Assembly (NCBI GenBank): GCA_963824495.1
Contig: CAWGPQ010000014.1
Coordinates: 1 to 64,000, forward strand
Source of the DNA: an uncultured bacterium
GTDB taxonomy: Bacteria; Babelota; Babeliae; Babelales; Babelaceae
DNA length: 64,000 bases
Direction of reading: 5' to 3'
The notes under the pieces were generated by a model. The model saw only the letters and a program-made list of their open reading frames with translations. It ran no database searches and was not told the DNA's origin. The translations under genes were made by a program, and so were the position numbers. Positions 60,348 to 64,000 of the stretch are shown piece after piece (the stretch's first letter is position 1; every line of letters starts with the position of its first letter).

Positions 60348-60941
60348 TTATTTTTTTGATAATACTGCAAGCGTGCTGCGCAGAAGATTATCAAATGAAG
60401 TTTGGTCTAAAGAAATTGTTTTTTTAACGTGTTCCAGAGCGTTTGTAATTTCGGGCCTTGAGTAATTGAGCGAAACGAGAACGTCATTAAGCTTTTTAAG
60501 CGTTGTAAGTGGCGCCGTATTTTCGATAATACCAGTTTGGGCTAGTTTAGCCGCTTTGTCTTTAAGTTGCATAATCATGCTTTCGGCTTTTTTGGGGCCA
60601 ATGCCACTTATGGAGCTCAAGGTTCTGCTATCGCTGTTTATAAGGGCGGTGATACAAACAGCTGGTGATAGTTGGCTTAAGATAGTAAGTCCAATTTTGG
60701 GTCCAAGACCAGAAGCACTTAAAATAAGCGTAAAAACAGCTTTTTGAGCATGCGAAGTAAAACCGTAGAGTTGTGGCCCTTGTTCTTGGTTCCAATGCAT
60801 ATAAATAAAGAGTTCTGCTTCAGTTTTGATCGTAAACTGGTGTCCCTCAGGTACCTGTATGCCAAAGCCAATACCATTAACATCCAAGGTAACGCTTGAA
60901 GCTGTACTATCGCTAATGCGACCGCGAAGATACGTGATCAT
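60348..60941 (-). CDS. ruvA: Holliday junction branch migration protein RuvA
   Basis: MITYLRG, DVNGIG, LYGF, SGLGPK, ISGIGPKKAE, LVSLNY. Confidence 0.93.
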   Translation of the reverse strand: MITYLRGRISDSTASSVTLDVNGIGFGIQVPEGHQFTIKTEAELFIYMHWNQEQGPQLYGFTSHAQKAVFTLILSASGLGPKIGLTILSQLSPAVCITALINSDSRTLSSISGIGPKKAESMIMQLKDKAAKLAQTGIIENTAPLTTLKKLNDVLVSLNYSRPEITNALEHVKKTISLDQTSFDNLLRSTLAVLSKK

Positions 60942-61011
60942 ACTATGTCCTATGCTGCTCTAAAGTTGACAAATTTGTCGGTTATGATAAGTTTACAGAT
61001 AATAACAAATC

Positions 61012-61087
61012 GCGGGAATAGCTCAGCTGGTAGAGTGTTGCCTTGCCAAGGCAAAGGTCGCGGGTTCGAATCCCGTTTCCCGCTCCA
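61012..61087 (+). tRNA. tRNA-Gly(GCC)
   Basis: GCGGGAA/TTCCCGC acceptor stem, TTGCC-TTGCCAA-GGCAA anticodon arm, TTCGAAT T-loop, encoded CCA. Confidence 0.97.
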
Positions 61088-61216
61088 GATTATATCTTAC
61101 TCTCTAGGCATGTATACAATTCCTTTCACACGTCTTTTAATACGTAATAAGCAAGTATGCTTGGCTCTCTATAAGTATAAAACAATTTTTATGTTCATGC
61201 TAAAAAGGCACCATTT

Positions 61217-61894
61217 ATGAAATCAGTTATGCAGGAAGCATCATCGCTTATTAAAGCTATAGAACAGGGTTGGATTAAGGCGGGTCAGCCTCAAGAATTT
61301 TCTATAAAAATTTTAGAGGAACCACAGAAAAATTTTATTGGCATGACCATACGCTCTGCAAAAATAGCTCTCTTTTTTGACGAAAAACCCCTTGGAAAAG
61401 CTGTTGAACAGGCTCACAAAGCAAGACCACAGAATGGACAGCGTGAGTATGAGCGGCCTAAGCCAGTGCAACGTCAGCAGCCACCTAAAGAAATGCCGGA
61501 AGCAAAAATAGAGATTAAAGTTGCTCAGGAAGGAAGCGTAGAAGAGCAACAAGCTCAAAAAACACGGGCTCAAAAGCCAACACAACAGCGACAGTTACCT
61601 ATATTGTGGACTGAGTCCATGGTACATCAAGCGCAAGCGTGGCTTAGTGAAACGCTTGCTAACATGAACTTGGGGCATATTACGTTTACCATTGAGCCGC
61701 AACAATTCTATCTTCGCATTACGCTGAGTGATCACTTATTGCAAGACCGTGATAAAGAAAAGCAATTGCTTGCTAGTTTTGCAACATTACTCTTGGAGAC
61801 TCTTAAGCACGCGTTTAAAACAGGGCTACGAGGTCATAAAATAGTTCTTACGCATGCGGATGGTTTGTATCATGATACAACACATCCGCGATGA
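61217..61894 (+). CDS. Jag/KhpB N-terminal domain protein (reduced)
   Basis: AIEQG..IKILEEPQKNFIG..AKI Jag_N pattern; directly upstream of mnmE. Confidence 0.7.
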   Translation: MKSVMQEASSLIKAIEQGWIKAGQPQEFSIKILEEPQKNFIGMTIRSAKIALFFDEKPLGKAVEQAHKARPQNGQREYERPKPVQRQQPPKEMPEAKIEIKVAQEGSVEEQQAQKTRAQKPTQQRQLPILWTESMVHQAQAWLSETLANMNLGHITFTIEPQQFYLRITLSDHLLQDRDKEKQLLASFATLLLETLKHAFKTGLRGHKIVLTHADGLYHDTTHPR

Positions 61895-63251
61895 TGAAAC
61901 GATTATAGCACAGTGTACACCTCGTGGTAATGGTGCCCTTGCGTTAATTAGGATTTCTGGGATCAGTGCTCGTTCTATAGCAAACAACATGAGCAAGCTA
62001 CCCGGTAATAAGCGGCTTATTAATCAAGAAAGTCATACGGTGCACTATGGTTGGGTTATTGATCACGAGGGAAAACCTATTGATCAGGTGCTTTTTATTG
62101 TTATGGATGCCCCGCGCACTTTTACCGGACAAGACACCATTGAGATTACCTGTCATAATAACCAATTTTTAATAGAAGCAATTATTGAGCAAGCGATTTC
62201 CCGTGGCGCACGTTTAGCTCAACCGGGTGAGTTTACGCGTCGTGCCTTTATGCTGGGAAAAATTGATTTGATTCAAGCAGAAGCTATTAATGAGCTTATT
62301 CAAGCTCAGACTCAGATGGCGCTTAAGAAATCACTTGCTCAGCTTGATGGTAGCTTTTCTTACTGGGTAGAAATTATAGAGAAAGAGTTGATAAAAACAC
62401 TTGCCTGGTGCGAAGCAAGTTTTGAGTTTCTTGATGAAGAGGGTGACTTTGGTGATCATCTTAAGCTCTATCTTGATCGTATTTTTGAGAAGCTTACTGA
62501 TATTAAAAAGACTTTTAATGCGCAGCAACAGATACGGCAAGGGGTTCGTATAGCCTTAATAGGTTCCGTCAATGCTGGTAAATCGTCGCTTTTTAACATG
62601 CTCTTGAATCAAAAACGCTCTATTGTTACCGATATTGCTGGTACTACACGTGACAGTATAGAAGCAGGTCTTTATAGAAATGGAAACTACTGGACGCTTA
62701 TTGATACAGCAGGTTTACGCAGTACTAACGATAGTATAGAACAGGCTGGCATTCAACGGTCGCTTGATGAAGCTCATAGTGCTGATATTATCATTCTCGT
62801 GCTGGATGGCTCGCGGTTATTAGCAGCTGAAGAAACTCAAGTTTACCAGAATATTATAGCTAATTACGGTACGAAAGTACTTTTAGTGCAGAATAAATGT
62901 GATCTGCCCGAAGCTGCAACATGCTTGTCTGGAAAAACTTGTATTAAAGTTTCCAGCATGACGGGTGCTTATAGCGATGTTCTTGAGCAAGCTCTTGAAG
63001 AAAAAATTATCCAATTATTTGCCGCAAGCGAATCACCATTCTTGGTTAATCAACGCCAATATAATCTTTTAATGGGACTTGAAAGGCGTTTACATGCTAT
63101 ACAAACTCTGCTTACGTCTTCTGCTATTGCCTATGAACTTGTTTCATATCACCTTAAAGATGCGCTCGAGTGCCTAAGTGAATTAACTGGCAAAACGGTA
63201 AGCGAAGTTGGTATGAATGCTGTATTTAAAGAGTTTTGTGTAGGTAAATAA
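61872..63251 (+). CDS. mnmE: tRNA modification GTPase MnmE
   Basis: IRISG, TFTGQD, GEFTRRAF, GSVNAGKSS, AGTTRD, DTAGLR, NKCD, FCVGK. Confidence 0.97.
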   Translation: MIQHIRDDETIIAQCTPRGNGALALIRISGISARSIANNMSKLPGNKRLINQESHTVHYGWVIDHEGKPIDQVLFIVMDAPRTFTGQDTIEITCHNNQFLIEAIIEQAISRGARLAQPGEFTRRAFMLGKIDLIQAEAINELIQAQTQMALKKSLAQLDGSFSYWVEIIEKELIKTLAWCEASFEFLDEEGDFGDHLKLYLDRIFEKLTDIKKTFNAQQQIRQGVRIALIGSVNAGKSSLFNMLLNQKRSIVTDIAGTTRDSIEAGLYRNGNYWTLIDTAGLRSTNDSIEQAGIQRSLDEAHSADIIILVLDGSRLLAAEETQVYQNIIANYGTKVLLVQNKCDLPEAATCLSGKTCIKVSSMTGAYSDVLEQALEEKIIQLFAASESPFLVNQRQYNLLMGLERRLHAIQTLLTSSAIAYELVSYHLKDALECLSELTGKTVSEVGMNAVFKEFCVGK

Positions 63252-63265
63252 CAGGTGCTTGATTA

Positions 63266-64000
63266 TTAAGCAGCGCTTGCAGCAGGTGCTAACGTTGTGT
63301 CTTTTCGGTCAAGATAGAAAGACAGGTTTCGATGAAGATGCGGAAAATCAGGGTGAGCCTCAAGGGCTTTGCGTACAGCATCTTCCCCAACATCATAATT
63401 GCCAATGTACCAGGAGCAGCGTCCAAGAACATCGTAGCGTTCATAATCATAAAGTTCTGACTCAACAAACAGGAGATCCTGTTTTGGATAAGGGATCCGG
63501 CAAGCTGGTTGTGCAAAAAGATCACATGAAGCCATCTTATCCTGTGCCAAATAGTGCCGTGCTATATGAATTAAGGGTTCAGCACGGGTAGGACGAAGCT
63601 CGTATGCTGTTAAATAGCTATCAAGAGCAATTGGCCACATGTCAGGGCCTAACTGTTCGGCAGCCTCGCCAAGGCGACAGTAGGCTATGAAATTCTCTTC
63701 AGACCAGCCTTGTAGCTTTACGCGCTCTTTGTAGTAGGTATAAGCACTTTCCCAGTCGCCCAAACAGGCACATGTTTGGGCTAGGTAAAAAACGGTTCGG
63801 GGATCACGAGGATTTTTTTTGTAGCGGGCAAGCAGGATATCTTTATCATGCAACCAACGACGAGCAGACTTGGCTTGACTTTCTTTGGTACGGCATACCT
63901 TGAATGTTACACTTGAAGGAACCTTTGCTGTTGCATAGATAGCCTCGTGAATATCACCATCATGAATAAAACGTGCGCCAAAATGACAACGGGTAAGGCG
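63266..64000 (-). CDS. TPR-containing glycosyltransferase-like protein, C-terminal part (runs off the window)
   Basis: Frame open to the window edge: GDIHEAI, PRTVFYLAQT, AYELRPTRAEPL, LFVE. Confidence 0.7.
   Translation of the reverse strand, partial: RLTRCHFGARFIHDGDIHEAIYATAKVPSSVTFKVCRTKESQAKSARRWLHDKDILLARYKKNPRDPRTVFYLAQTCACLGDWESAYTYYKERVKLQGWSEENFIAYCRLGEAAEQLGPDMWPIALDSYLTAYELRPTRAEPLIHIARHYLAQDKMASCDLFAQPACRIPYPKQDLLFVESELYDYERYDVLGRCSWYIGNYDVGEDAVRKALEAHPDFPHLHRNLSFYLDRKDTTLAPAASAA

Noticed and set aside
60945..61220. 91-aa ORF over the tRNA, and the many short antisense ORFs in the track
   Set aside because: Shadows of tRNA-Gly or of well-supported genes; no independent coding signal

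Overview
The window joins two unrelated sequences at about position 6835. Positions 1-6835 are higher-GC, deltaproteobacterium-like DNA (PAS kinase plus sigma54 response regulator, RluA, a sigma-factor stub, an RGPP leader peptide) with indels in most long genes, so probably a low-accuracy read. Positions 6836-64000 are lower-GC DNA that looks like an intracellular protist parasite (Ca. Babeliae/Dependentiae/TM6-like; inferred from gene content only). The right part holds: (i) a tandem-paralog glycan cluster (3 GT2, RmlB, 2 class I methyltransferases, 4 TylF/MycF O-methyltransferases) in which every intact enzyme has a signal-peptide-like leader, plus wecB/wecC/oxidoreductase; (ii) a candidate polymorphic toxin locus: a Sec-signal carrier of unrecognised type ending in a bacterial EndoU nuclease, a linked immunity-like gene, and downstream orphan cassettes (colicin E3-like RNase tip, ankyrin, DUF6980-like, CdiI-ECL-like); (iii) an IS3 element with a 3-bp target duplication and a -1 slippery site; (iv) two D,D-dipeptidases and a double-domain Ddl; (v) signal-peptide ankyrin proteins with F-box-like tails and a shared promoter/5'UTR element; (vi) housekeeping genes alaS, orn, ruvA, tRNA-Gly, jag-like, mnmE. 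All family calls come from recalled motifs, not from database searches.
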